Counted from the first letter of the stretch, positions 1 to 9,952 are shown. The stretch: 64,000 bases of DNA from Nitrosopumilus sp. (GCA_965223425.1 OZ245003.1:416001-480000), one strand, 5' to 3'. Translations and numbers: made by a program. The notes: generated by a model not told the origin, from the sequence alone.

Positions 1-751
1 CCCGCAATGGACTGGAAAATATTTTGTTGCAGCATTGAGGGGAAGTCATCTGCACATGATTGACTTTGATTTGGAAAACAACAAGGTGGTATCTCATGAG
101 AAACTATTCCAAGATGAGTTTGGAAGATTACGAGACGTGCAAACAGGACCAGATGGATTTTTGTACATTCTAACTAGTAATCAAGATGGGCGTGGCAGCC
201 CTGCTAATAATGATGACAGAATTCTTCGCATCACATCACTTTATGAAACTGAGAACATGCCTGGATGGATGAGTGATGTTTTTGTCTGGTTTGGCAATGG
301 AGAAATCTCTGAGCAAGAGATTATCCATCTTATTGAATATTTAACTGGACTAGGAGGAGGAGGAGGAGGAGTATCACAAGATTGTTCTGGAACTGCAGGA
401 TGTATTACTGGAGTGGTAACTCAAATTATTGATGGAGATACCATCAAAGTTGATGGGAATTCAATTAGATTTGCATTAGCATCAGCTCCAGAACTAAATG
501 AATCTGGAGGAGTAAATGCAAGAGAGTTTATCCAAACAATTTGTCCTGTTGGATCTAGTGTCCTAGTTGATGAGGATGATGGACAAAGACAAGGTAGCTA
601 TGGCAGAATTTTGGGTGTGATTTACTGTAATGGAATGAATCTCAATGAAGAGTTACTTGATGCAAATCTGGGATATCTTTCTTCAGGGTTTTGTCAATCC
701 AGCGAGTTTTCAGAAGAGAGTTGGGCACAAAAACATGGCTGTGAATCATAA
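1..751 (+). CDS. 5'-truncated glucose/sorbosone (PQQ-dependent) dehydrogenase-like beta-propeller fused via a thaumarchaeal WxxxVxxW-type module and Gly linker to a thermonuclease (SNase) domain
   Basis: Frame is open from position 2 (PQWTGKYFVAALRGSHL). GRLRDVQTGPDGFLYILTSN is the typical GSDH C-terminus. IIDGDTIKV...IRFA...YGRILG...NLNEELL are SNase motifs. Confidence 0.75.
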   Translation, partial: PQWTGKYFVAALRGSHLHMIDFDLENNKVVSHEKLFQDEFGRLRDVQTGPDGFLYILTSNQDGRGSPANNDDRILRITSLYETENMPGWMSDVFVWFGNGEISEQEIIHLIEYLTGLGGGGGGVSQDCSGTAGCITGVVTQIIDGDTIKVDGNSIRFALASAPELNESGGVNAREFIQTICPVGSSVLVDEDDGQRQGSYGRILGVIYCNGMNLNEELLDANLGYLSSGFCQSSEFSEESWAQKHGCES

Positions 752-1022
752 CTATGCAAAACTAGGCAATTTTTTTACAAAATTGTAATCTAGTATAAAA
801 AAACCAATTCAAGGGTTCAGTGTAGAACAGTGAGAATCCTTTGCATATCTAATAACTTGAACATATGATTTATTGGATTTATGAATGCCACAAGTACAAA
901 GAAAGAGGGGGGGGGGGAAGGGTGGGGAATAGGTAAGAGAAGAGACATATTCTAGAATTTGGGTTATATTAGTCTCAAATTACTGCAAAACTATATAAAT
1001 ATAAGCAGTATAATAATACTAA

Positions 1023-3128
1023 ATGGATATCACTTCTATAAAGCTATTAAATTCATTGGTAGAGGAACAAAAAGAAGCAAGTGATCTACTAGAGATATTA
1101 GGAATAAAAGAGAGGCGACTAGCATACATAATAAAAAATCTCACAGAGCTAGATTACATCGATAAAGAAAATACAATAATCAAACTAAAAGAAACACCAA
1201 AAGCGATACTATTCAGAGATGTTACTAAAATTATAGATGTTGAAAAGTTACTTCATGAATCAAATGAAATAATACTTTCAAGCATAGATGAAGGAATTAC
1301 CGTAGATGAATTAGTAAGAAAATCAGGATTATCAAAAGCTACCACATACAGATCAGTCTCAGATTTACAATCCATAGGTGCCATACTAAAAGATGAAGAC
1401 ATCATACGGATTGATGAATCAAAAGAACAATTAGTTTTATTTATGAAATTATTGAAAACTGAAAGAGAGGGAAAATATGAAGACGGGAATACGGAAATCA
1501 TCTATAATAACAATTCAACAATATTGAGAAAAACTCCAATTGGAAAAATTGCAAAGGGGGCAACTACTGGATTTACATTATTTTCAGATTATGGAATTGA
1601 ATATCGAACTATAAATGATTATTTTTGTGACCAAAAGGAAGATTTAGACATACAAGATATTTTGTTGCATGCAATTTATTCTGCAAATTATTCAAAAAAT
1701 AAAATGGAATTGTTAATGAGTATTGTTTTTTATGCAAAACATAAAGACAAAATGGATATTCTACAGCTAAGGAAAAAATCATCAGAGTTAGGAATATCAG
1801 AAATTTGGCTTGATATTGAAGCTTACATACGTAAAAAACAATTGAAAAATACAGAATTATTTTTACCATGGGATGAATTTCTATCTAAAGCGCAATTATA
1901 TGATATACCGATTGAAAAATATACATTACCAGAGCCAAGTAATTTATTATTCAGAGAAATTAGTGATGAGTTAGAAAAACCAATGACAATCTATCTGTTT
2001 GGTGGTGAAAACATGCGAATTAAATCATTGAAAGATAGTACAAAAGACTGTGATATCGTAGTAGAAACTAAAGATGATTTTGATAATTTAGCACAAACTC
2101 TTACTAGTATGAAATACGACAGAAGACTAAAAACAAAATATTCTGACGAGGACAGAAGAATAAAACCAAGTGATATTTTTGAGCATGAAAAGAAAAGTAG
2201 AGTTGATTTATTCACAGCAACAATAATGCAAGGTCTAACACTATCTTCTATAATGAAAGAAAAAGCAGATATCAGAGATTATGGAAAATTAAAAGTAGCA
2301 TTGCTAAGAAATGAGCACGTATTTCTGCTCAAAGCAGTAGCAAGTAGAGAAGGCGACATACAAGATATGGCAGCGCTGGTTACAGGTAACCCAAATACGC
2401 CTCATGAATTGCAACATGGATCTTTTGATTGGGACTTGGTATGGGCTGAAATTCTCAGACAAGAGCACATTAATCACACAAAAGATTTCACTACCGTTAT
2501 TTTTGATCAAATATCCTATCTTGCAGAACAGACAAGAATTGTTGCCCCATTTCTAGATAAACTCAGAAGAAATGTCATAGACAGAATGATCCAAAGAATG
2601 TTACGTGGCGGCGGTATGTCAATAAAAGAAATAATTGAATTATTGGATGGGGGGGATATTACTGAGCCAATGATTCGAAATAGAATTGATTCGTTAGAAA
2701 AAACTGAAATCATTGGCAAGTATTCGGCCGGAAGAATAACTTACGTAAAATTATTAAAAAATAACGAGTTTACTGACAAGGAATTGAAAATAAACATCCA
2801 TCGTTTTAAACTCTATATTGACTGGCGTTTCTATTTAAGACGAAAACAATCAGATCAAAAGATTCAGGAATTAGTAGATGAATTAGAAGAATTAGGATTT
2901 CAAACAATCGGAGAAATTGATGAAATACTTAGAAATTCTATTGAAACGTTAAAAGAATATGAAAAAGAACAATTTACAAAACATCATTTTGATGGAGTAG
3001 GTGCTACAAGAATTTGCATTGGTATGTGTTATCCAAAAATTGGTAAGAAACATTCATCAAAATTTTTTATTAGCAATTTTGAAAAATATTATGATATAGT
3101 AGACCTTATGCGTAATCGATCAAACTAA
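1023..3128 (+). CDS. 701-aa multidomain protein: winged-HTH domains + DUF6036/AbiEii-like nucleotidyltransferase + wHTH + helical C-terminal domain
   Basis: HTH ITVDELVRKSGLSKATTYRSVSDL. NTase motif YLFGGENM...STKDCDIV and LLKAVASREGDIQD. Confidence 0.7.
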   Translation: MDITSIKLLNSLVEEQKEASDLLEILGIKERRLAYIIKNLTELDYIDKENTIIKLKETPKAILFRDVTKIIDVEKLLHESNEIILSSIDEGITVDELVRKSGLSKATTYRSVSDLQSIGAILKDEDIIRIDESKEQLVLFMKLLKTEREGKYEDGNTEIIYNNNSTILRKTPIGKIAKGATTGFTLFSDYGIEYRTINDYFCDQKEDLDIQDILLHAIYSANYSKNKMELLMSIVFYAKHKDKMDILQLRKKSSELGISEIWLDIEAYIRKKQLKNTELFLPWDEFLSKAQLYDIPIEKYTLPEPSNLLFREISDELEKPMTIYLFGGENMRIKSLKDSTKDCDIVVETKDDFDNLAQTLTSMKYDRRLKTKYSDEDRRIKPSDIFEHEKKSRVDLFTATIMQGLTLSSIMKEKADIRDYGKLKVALLRNEHVFLLKAVASREGDIQDMAALVTGNPNTPHELQHGSFDWDLVWAEILRQEHINHTKDFTTVIFDQISYLAEQTRIVAPFLDKLRRNVIDRMIQRMLRGGGMSIKEIIELLDGGDITEPMIRNRIDSLEKTEIIGKYSAGRITYVKLLKNNEFTDKELKINIHRFKLYIDWRFYLRRKQSDQKIQELVDELEELGFQTIGEIDEILRNSIETLKEYEKEQFTKHHFDGVGATRICIGMCYPKIGKKHSSKFFISNFEKYYDIVDLMRNRSN

Positions 3129-3199
3129 TATTGCTAGATGATTTTTACCTTAGTAAACCAATTTGATTTTGAATTCTTAGTCGATTACGCATAAGGTCT
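3101..3199. mobile_element. 99-bp MITE (copy 1)
   Basis: TIR AGACCTTATGCGTAATCGA...TCGATTACGCATAAGGTCT with AGT duplicated on both sides. A near-identical inverted copy lies at 46927-47025. Confidence 0.9.
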
Positions 3200-3261
3200 A
3201 GTAAGAGGTAGGTTTGTTCCTACATATCCAACAAAGATGGTGAATTAGAAGCCAAACAATT

Positions 3262-3789
3262 CTAAATGCTAAGATTTAGTGCTTCACCAAAATAGTATCC
3301 GGCCAAAATTGTTCCAGCAGACCATATACATGAGCCTGCAAATGTAAAGAGTACAAATTTTGGAATTTTCATTTTGAGTAACCCAGCTGGAACTGAGATC
3401 ATCTCCCTCATTACTGGAATCATTCTTCCCAGAAACACTGCCTTGTCTCCATACTTTTCAAACCAAATCTCAACTCGTTCTAATTTTTGCCCTGATACCT
3501 TAACATATTTGAGATAACGCAGCAAAACAATTCTTCCAAGCTTTAATGCAATCAAGTAAATGAACGAAGTTCCAATTGTAGCACCGATTCCGCCAAGAAT
3601 AATCATTGGAATTACACCAACTATTGGAATTCCCTGTTGAGATGCCAAGAATCCTGCGGTTGGAAATATTGCCAGTGTGGGAATTGGGGGAACTATAGTC
3701 TCAATTAGGGCAGCTAAAAAGATTCCCTCATAGAGATGATTTCCTAAAAATTCTGTAACCCATATTAGAAATGAATCAAACGGTTCCAT
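3262..3789 (-). CDS. DedA family membrane protein
   Basis: ETIVPPIP, WFEKYGDKAVFLGRMIPVMR..ISVPAG motifs. Confidence 0.92.
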   Translation of the reverse strand: MEPFDSFLIWVTEFLGNHLYEGIFLAALIETIVPPIPTLAIFPTAGFLASQQGIPIVGVIPMIILGGIGATIGTSFIYLIALKLGRIVLLRYLKYVKVSGQKLERVEIWFEKYGDKAVFLGRMIPVMREMISVPAGLLKMKIPKFVLFTFAGSCIWSAGTILAGYYFGEALNLSI

Positions 3790-3920
3790 TTGTTTCTGGC
3801 ACCGAAATCCTACTAAATTACTTTGCGAGAAAAAACTCACACTGATTTGTCATATTTATGCCTAAAGATTGGGGTCTAAACTGGGAAACATCCTATATAC
3901 CAAAACCACATCATGCAATC

Positions 3921-4610
3921 ATGGGTAAATCTTTGCTAGTAATTATTGCAATAATAGTAGTTGGGATAGGCGTAGCATTTGCTGTATCACCATACTTTAC
4001 AGAAACAACTGTAGATGAGGCAATACCAACTGGTGCTATTATTGAGCAAAAAATGGAAGATAAAGATGCATTGATGATGAAAGATGATTCTACCATGATG
4101 GAAGAAACTATGATGGAAGAGGAATCCATGATGGAGGAGAAAGAAATGATGGAAGAGGAATCCATGATGGAAGAAACTATGATGGAAGAGGAATCCATGA
4201 TGGAGGAGGAATCCATGATGGAGGAGAAAGAAATGATGGAAGAGGAATCCATGATGGAGGAGAAAGAAATGATGGAAGAATCAGTTGTAATGTCTTATGC
4301 TGGAACATTCATCGGTGTTGGTGATGGAATTCATGATGCACAAGGAGATGCATACACAATACCACTAGAGGATGGCAGTACTGTATTAAGACTAGAGAAC
4401 TTTGAATCAACTAACGGTCCAGACTTGTTTGTTTATTTGTCAACAGATGACAAAGCATCCGAATTTGTCAATCTAGGAGATCTAAAAGCAAACAAAGGAA
4501 ATCAAAACTATGAAATTCCAGATGGTACTGATATTGACAAATACAGCAAAGTTCTGATTTGGTGTAAATCATTTGGTGTCTTGTTTGGCAGCGCAGAACT
4601 ATCTCCCTGA
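3921..4610 (+). CDS. Membrane-anchored DM13-domain protein with Met/Glu-rich low-complexity linker
   Basis: N-terminal TM helix. C-terminal LRLENFESTNGPDLFVYLS...KGNQNYEIP...VLIWCKSFGVLFGSAEL is a DM13 domain. Confidence 0.88.
   Translation: MGKSLLVIIAIIVVGIGVAFAVSPYFTETTVDEAIPTGAIIEQKMEDKDALMMKDDSTMMEETMMEEESMMEEKEMMEEESMMEETMMEEESMMEEESMMEEKEMMEEESMMEEKEMMEESVVMSYAGTFIGVGDGIHDAQGDAYTIPLEDGSTVLRLENFESTNGPDLFVYLSTDDKASEFVNLGDLKANKGNQNYEIPDGTDIDKYSKVLIWCKSFGVLFGSAELSP
4094..4280 (+). repeat. Imperfect coding tandem repeat (units like GAGGAATCCATGATG) encoding EEESMM/EEKEMM/EETMM
   Basis: Repeat directly visible in the DNA and in the protein. Confidence 0.9.
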
Positions 4611-4670
4611 GAATTTTTAAAAAATTCTCAAAAGGAATTTTTTATATGTAATACCAATAGTGGGCAATCA

Positions 4671-5063
4671 GTGTTTGCAGCAACAATTGTTTTACCGGTT
4701 TTTTCATTTCCAGGTATAATTCCAAAGAACCTGTTTTCTTTTTCAGGTACAGACGATGGGAAATCTGCACCAGATCCTAGATTCAAAAACATACTTTGGT
4801 TCATCATTGCAGGCACAAAAGGAGGCATAAATCGGGCAAAAATACTCAATTTGATAAAAGATACTCCAATGAATGCAAACAAGATTGCTACAGTATTGGA
4901 ATTAGATCACAAGACTATAGTCCATCATGTAAAAATTCTTTCAAAAAATGAACTGATTGTAAAGGCAGAAAAAGACTATGGCGCTGAATACCAATTGGCC
5001 CAAATTATGAAGGATAACCAAAGCGTACTAGAGGAGATTATGGAAAAAATTGGAACAAAATAG
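4671..5063 (+). CDS. ArsR-like winged-HTH regulator (start uncertain)
   Basis: LWFIIAGTKGGINRAKIL...MNANKIATVLELDHKTIVHHVKIL. Paralog at 31653-31955. Confidence 0.82.
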   Translation: MFAATIVLPVFSFPGIIPKNLFSFSGTDDGKSAPDPRFKNILWFIIAGTKGGINRAKILNLIKDTPMNANKIATVLELDHKTIVHHVKILSKNELIVKAEKDYGAEYQLAQIMKDNQSVLEEIMEKIGTK

Positions 5064-5090
5064 ATTAACTATTCAAGTGAGAGATGGTTC

Positions 5091-5393
5091 ATGGTAGACT
5101 TTATGCTAGCTGCAGTAGTAGCTGCATTTCTTAACATTGGATTACTTGGGATTACGATTGGAACCTATATTCAAAATATGAGGGTTATCAGATCATATTA
5201 TACTTCAGGTCTGGTTTTAGTTGCTACTCTGCTTATGATTCAAAACATTGTGATCATAATATTTTGGTCAACACTATACATGGATGACAAGGCCTTGATG
5301 ATGTCAGCTGATATGATATCACATTATTTGTTTGCAATTAATGTGATTCAGACAATCGGATTATCAATTCTTGTCTGGATTACTAGACGATAG
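5091..5393 (+). CDS. Small 3-TM membrane protein paired with the wHTH regulator
   Basis: Three hydrophobic segments. Similar to 31343-31627. Confidence 0.7.
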   Translation: MVDFMLAAVVAAFLNIGLLGITIGTYIQNMRVIRSYYTSGLVLVATLLMIQNIVIIIFWSTLYMDDKALMMSADMISHYLFAINVIQTIGLSILVWITRR

Positions 5394-5514
5394 CCCAAAA
5401 AGACTGGGGATAAAAGTGGAAAAACCATGCAGTAGTGGCCTCTAGTTTGGCTGCTTTTGAATCAACGCAACGCAACGAGGCATAGTGTTCTAATAATACT
5501 AAATCTTTTTAGAA

Positions 5515-5814
5515 CTATTTTTTTAATTCATAGTATTCAACTGTATGGGAAAACTGTCTATTGTAATCAACTTCTTCCCAAAACTTTTCCTCATCAATTT
5601 CTCTTCCTTCTGAAATCCAGACATTTAGAATTTTTTGCATAAACATCTGCGTGGTCTCATCAATTTGAGGTCTGATTCCCGTTTCTTTCTCAACCCTATC
5701 TCGCTCTTCTTTGAATTGTGTTAATAATCCCTTGAGATTTTTGCCATTAATCTGAGCGGCTTTTTTTGCTTTTGCAGCTTTCAGGTCTTTTCTGAAATTA
5801 GATAAAAATCCCAT
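5515..5814 (-). CDS. Hypothetical protein
   Basis: Clean ORF from MGFLSNF with host-like composition. Confidence 0.65.
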   Translation of the reverse strand: MGFLSNFRKDLKAAKAKKAAQINGKNLKGLLTQFKEERDRVEKETGIRPQIDETTQMFMQKILNVWISEGREIDEEKFWEEVDYNRQFSHTVEYYELKK

Positions 5815-5878
5815 GTGTATTGTAAAATTTTTTAAAATAAAAAGCTCTGTTTTAAATAATTCAGAGAGAAAAAGAGGT

Positions 5879-6242
5879 GTGCCAAGGGTTTCATGGTTTG
5901 ACATACCAGCAGATGATCCTGACAGGGCCCAAAAATTCTACAAAGAAGTATTTGATTGGAATTTTGAGAAATGGGATGGGCCAATGGATTACTGGATGGC
6001 AAAAACTGGAACTGAAGAACCAGGAATTGATGGAGGACTATCAAAGAGAGTGCCCGGTCAGATGGGAATGACAAATACTATTACCGTTCCATCAGTTGAT
6101 GAACTCTCAAAGAAAATTATGGAAAAAGGCGGGCAGCTTATTGTTCCTAAAATGGCAATTCCCAAAATAGGATGGTTTGCACAAGGCACTGACTGAAGGA
6201 AATATCTTTGGAATTATAGAGATGAATGAAAAAGCAGGATAA
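5879..6242 (+). pseudogene. VOC/glyoxalase family protein with a frameshift near the 3' end
   Basis: FDIPADDPDRAQKFYKEVFDW...GIDGGL. The ORF stops at GTD*, but the expected EGNIFGIIE tail follows in another frame. Confidence 0.75.
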
Positions 6243-6284
6243 TACCACCTAAATTAATAATCAGAAAGATTCCAAAATCAACAA

Positions 6285-6701
6285 TTGAGTTACAAGTTTT
6301 TAGAACATGCAACTGATGCCATAATTGAGATTACAGCAAAAGATCTCAAAGAAGCGTTTGCAGTTGCATCTGATGCAGTAATCAATCTGACACTTGATCA
6401 AGACAAAGTAGAGGAAAAAGAGAAAAAAGAATTTTCAGCACAAGGAAAAGATCTAAGATATCTTCTGTTTAATTGGATTGAAGAGATTACTTTTGTTCTA
6501 ATTACTGAAGGATTTGCCATCAAGAGAATTGAATTTGGCATTGAGAAAAAAGAAGGCTATAAAATAGATGCAACAGCATACGGTGAGCCACTTGACTTTC
6601 ACAAGCATAATTTCAAAGTCGAAATCAAGGCACCTACATTTTATGAAATGGAGATTAATCAGGACAAGTGCGTTTGTATGAAATTTTTGCTTGATTTGTG
6701 A
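6285..6701 (+). CDS. Archease
   Basis: YKFLEHATD...EIKAPTFY motifs. Confidence 0.92.
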   Translation: MSYKFLEHATDAIIEITAKDLKEAFAVASDAVINLTLDQDKVEEKEKKEFSAQGKDLRYLLFNWIEEITFVLITEGFAIKRIEFGIEKKEGYKIDATAYGEPLDFHKHNFKVEIKAPTFYEMEINQDKCVCMKFLLDL

Positions 6702-6961
6702 AAGATTTCTTAGTAAAATAATAGAAAAAATCATACCCGTTTTCTAAGACTTGGGAACAAAGATCATTTGTTGATCCAAACATAGATCCTCAACGTTACA
6801 TTGGCAGATACAACAAGAGGGTCATGTGGAGATGGTGTACCAAATTAGTTGGCAAAGATGTGAGACTGCGGTAAAAACAATAGTAAAAGAAAAACCTTGG
6901 TGGCAATTCTGGCAAGCTGTAAAAAGTTAGGTTTTAATCACAATACTTTCTCACCATGAAC

Positions 6962-7108
6962 ATGGGAAAACTAAGTAGAAATCTCAGAGTTTGCGGAGAA
7001 TGCGGCATTGTATATACATCTGTTAGCATGACACAATACATTGACCAATGTCCCATGTGTAAATCAAGAAGATTTGAATCAATTCCAATTAAAACAGAAG
7101 AGGACTAG
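6962..7108 (+). CDS. 48-aa zinc-ribbon protein (not in ORF track)
   Basis: MGKLSRNLRVCGECGIVY...QCPMCKSRRFES, two CxxC motifs. Confidence 0.65.
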   Translation: MGKLSRNLRVCGECGIVYTSVSMTQYIDQCPMCKSRRFESIPIKTEED

Positions 7109-7152
7109 TTTTTCAACATAGATTTTTTAGTAGAACAGAGTTTGCAAACATA

Positions 7153-7554
7153 TTGTCTGAAGACACAGAAATTGAGAAAATAAAGCAAAGAAAACTAGAA
7201 GAAATGCTCAAACAGCAAAATCAGCCTAAAATTGAGCCTGGAATTACAGATTTGAGTGACTCTAATTTTGAGCAAATAATATCAGCTGAGAATCCAACAT
7301 TGGTGGATTTTTGGGCAGAATGGTGTGGCCCATGCAAAACGATGCATCCAGTATTTGAGAGTCTGTCAAAAAAATATCCAAAAATCAAATTTGCCAGAGT
7401 CAATGTGGATAACAACCAGAGCATTGCAATGAAATTTGCAGTTCAATCAATTCCAACATTTATTATGTTCAAAGCTGGATTGGTTGTAGATAAAATGATG
7501 GGGGCAGTAGGGGCTCCTGGAATTCATATGATTTGTAAAAAACATTCAGACTAG
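7153..7554 (+). CDS. trxA: Thioredoxin
   Basis: DFWAEWCGPCK active site. Confidence 0.93.
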   Translation: MSEDTEIEKIKQRKLEEMLKQQNQPKIEPGITDLSDSNFEQIISAENPTLVDFWAEWCGPCKTMHPVFESLSKKYPKIKFARVNVDNNQSIAMKFAVQSIPTFIMFKAGLVVDKMMGAVGAPGIHMICKKHSD

Positions 7555-9332
7555 TAAGCGTAAGCTGGTTCTTTTGCGCGTTGAATCCCAACTATCTCAT
7601 TTAGAACTTGTTGCTCGTCAGTACTTAGCTTATGCATGAATTTGTTGAGTAGTTGTTTTGCCTCATGTGATGGTGGAAACGTATAGTAAACATCTTCCTC
7701 AAAGATTTGTCTTCCAATTGTAACATCTCTAACAGAACAGGCAACCTCATCTCCGGTTTTAGCTGTGCTTACAGTCTTTTTATCAAGCTGAAGCTGGTGA
7801 ATCTTTCCAACCTTGCGTCCCGTCTTGTTCATAAATGGGATTTTTTGTTTCAGATTCCCTACATCTACACGAATTCCAAACACTGCAGGATCATTATTTC
7901 TAAAAACCATTCCTTTTAGGAAAGTAAATTTCGAAACTGGTGTCAGTTCTGCAAATATTGCATCTTCCTCATTTGCAGAATCTTCCTCAACCCATGCATT
8001 ATAGTTGTCAATTAAACTGTAGATTACTTTGTCTTCAAACACTTTGATGTGACTGTCCTCTGATTCATCTTTTGCGTCAGGTAAAACTTTGACATTAAAT
8101 GCCAAAACAACCCCAAGATGTCTGTCGTTTTCTTTGATTGCTTTTGCCTCTATTACATCACGTCGGGTTACAGAACCAATGTCAGCTTTGGCAACAGGAA
8201 CCCGTGAACGTCTGAGCATCTCAACTATTGCCTCAAGTGAGCCTATAGTGTCACATTTGACGATAATACCATTGGTTTCTGTATCAATAAACACAGATTT
8301 CATCTCAGACTCGATGAGTTTAGTGAATTTTTCGATCTCTTGTTCATTTGATGCAACATAAAGAGTACTTCCTGGAAGGACACCTTCAAGATCTGGCGAT
8401 GCAATTTTTAATCCAGCTGCTGCATCCACTTGTGCAGCTTGTTTGAATTTGTCTCGAGGATCTCGCATCTCATCAAGTGGTTTTGGTAAAAGCAGTGCCT
8501 TTGGTTTTGTAACTATGACAGCATCTCGTTTTGCAACAACAATGCTGTTTTCTTTTTTTATTGCTCCATCAATTAGAATGATATTTGCCGTCTGACCCAA
8601 GCCGGCCTCGTTTTTTACCTCCAATACAATACCACGTGGTTCTTTTTCTTCCTGATTGAGTCTTTTTTGAAGATATTGTTGTGCCAATCCTACCAATACG
8701 CTAAGCAGTTCAGGAATTCCAACTCCAGAACGTGCTGAAATTGGCACGATTGCAATCTCAGATTTAAAGTCTTTAACACGGTAAAATGCCTCTGACTGAT
8801 ATCCCAAAATGGAAAGAGTTCCTACGACATCATAGATCTTTTGATCAAGATCCACCTGAATTGATGCATCCTGCTCTTTGATTGCATGTGAGATGAATGA
8901 AGATTCAGATTTTCTCCATCCAGAAATCTGATCACATTTGTTTAGTGCAACAACAAACGGAACTTTTCTGTTTTGCAAAATTTTCAAGCTTTCATTTGTT
9001 TGCGGTTGGAACCCACGATTAACATCGACTACCAAAACTGCAATGTCAGCTGCAGAGCCTCCCCTGGAACGAAGGTTTGTAAAAACTTCGTGTCCTGGAG
9101 TATCAATAACTAAAATTCCTGGAACTTTATTTTCTGATTCCTCAAGTTTCTTGTATAAGACACCACATGTTTTTTTGATTGTCTCAGTTGGCAGAAAGCT
9201 TGCACCGATATGCTGAGTAATTCCACCTGCCTCTCTTCCCTGAACACCCGTGCCGCGAATTCTGTCTAAAAGGGATGTCTTACCAGAGTCTACGTGGCCA
9301 AGAACTGCCACTATGGGCTGACGAATTTGCAA
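7551..9332 (-). CDS. infB: Translation initiation factor aIF5B (IF-2)
   Basis: GHVDSGKT, REAGGITQHIGA, DTPGHE, NKCD GTPase motifs. Confidence 0.97.
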   Translation of the reverse strand: MQIRQPIVAVLGHVDSGKTSLLDRIRGTGVQGREAGGITQHIGASFLPTETIKKTCGVLYKKLEESENKVPGILVIDTPGHEVFTNLRSRGGSAADIAVLVVDVNRGFQPQTNESLKILQNRKVPFVVALNKCDQISGWRKSESSFISHAIKEQDASIQVDLDQKIYDVVGTLSILGYQSEAFYRVKDFKSEIAIVPISARSGVGIPELLSVLVGLAQQYLQKRLNQEEKEPRGIVLEVKNEAGLGQTANIILIDGAIKKENSIVVAKRDAVIVTKPKALLLPKPLDEMRDPRDKFKQAAQVDAAAGLKIASPDLEGVLPGSTLYVASNEQEIEKFTKLIESEMKSVFIDTETNGIIVKCDTIGSLEAIVEMLRRSRVPVAKADIGSVTRRDVIEAKAIKENDRHLGVVLAFNVKVLPDAKDESEDSHIKVFEDKVIYSLIDNYNAWVEEDSANEEDAIFAELTPVSKFTFLKGMVFRNNDPAVFGIRVDVGNLKQKIPFMNKTGRKVGKIHQLQLDKKTVSTAKTGDEVACSVRDVTIGRQIFEEDVYYTFPPSHEAKQLLNKFMHKLSTDEQQVLNEIVGIQRAKEPAYAY

Positions 9333-9338
9333 ATCAGA

Positions 9339-9740
9339 TCACTCAAACGCTACCCTCAATTCGTGATCAAAACTTTCTTGTGAATCTGATGCATGGATGA
9401 TGTTTTCACTGAATCCCAATCCAAAGTCTCCTCTAATAGAACCAGGTTCTGCTTCAAATGACTTAGTTGCGCCAACCATAATTCTAGCAGTGGCAATTGC
9501 ATTGTTTCCTTCAATGACTGCGGCAACTACGGGCCCTGACGTGATAAATGATGTCAGTTCACCAAAGAAAGGCTTGTCCTTGTGTATGTCATAGAATTTC
9601 TCTGCCTGTTCCTGAGTAAATGTAAACATCTTTAGTTTTAAAATTCTGAATCCTTTTCTTTCAAATCTTGAGATAACTTCACCAACTAGATTTCTAGCTA
9701 CTGCATCTGGCTTTACAATGAACAGAGTATTTTCAGTCAA
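9339..9740 (-). CDS. ndk: Nucleoside diphosphate kinase
   Basis: IVKPDAV...GSIRGDF...NIIHASDS. Confidence 0.97.
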   Translation of the reverse strand: MTENTLFIVKPDAVARNLVGEVISRFERKGFRILKLKMFTFTQEQAEKFYDIHKDKPFFGELTSFITSGPVVAAVIEGNNAIATARIMVGATKSFEAEPGSIRGDFGLGFSENIIHASDSQESFDHELRVAFE

Positions 9741-9742
9741 TT

Positions 9743-9952
9743 CTACTTCTTTCTGATTCCGCCTTTAACGTGTTTTTTGGTCCACTTTAGTTTTCTTGGA
9801 TCACGTTTTAGTGCTAGTGCATTTTTTTTGCATTTTGCTGAACAAAACCATAGAACAGTTCCATCGTTTTTTGCAAGCATTGTACCTGAACCTTTGGCAA
9901 CAGGTCTATCGCAAAAATTACATGGTTTAACTAAAAGACTCACATCAATCAC
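9743..9952 (-). CDS. rpl24e: 50S ribosomal protein L24e
   Basis: CNFC...DGTVLWFCSAKC...PRKLKWT. Confidence 0.95.
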   Translation of the reverse strand: MIDVSLLVKPCNFCDRPVAKGSGTMLAKNDGTVLWFCSAKCKKNALALKRDPRKLKWTKKHVKGGIRKK

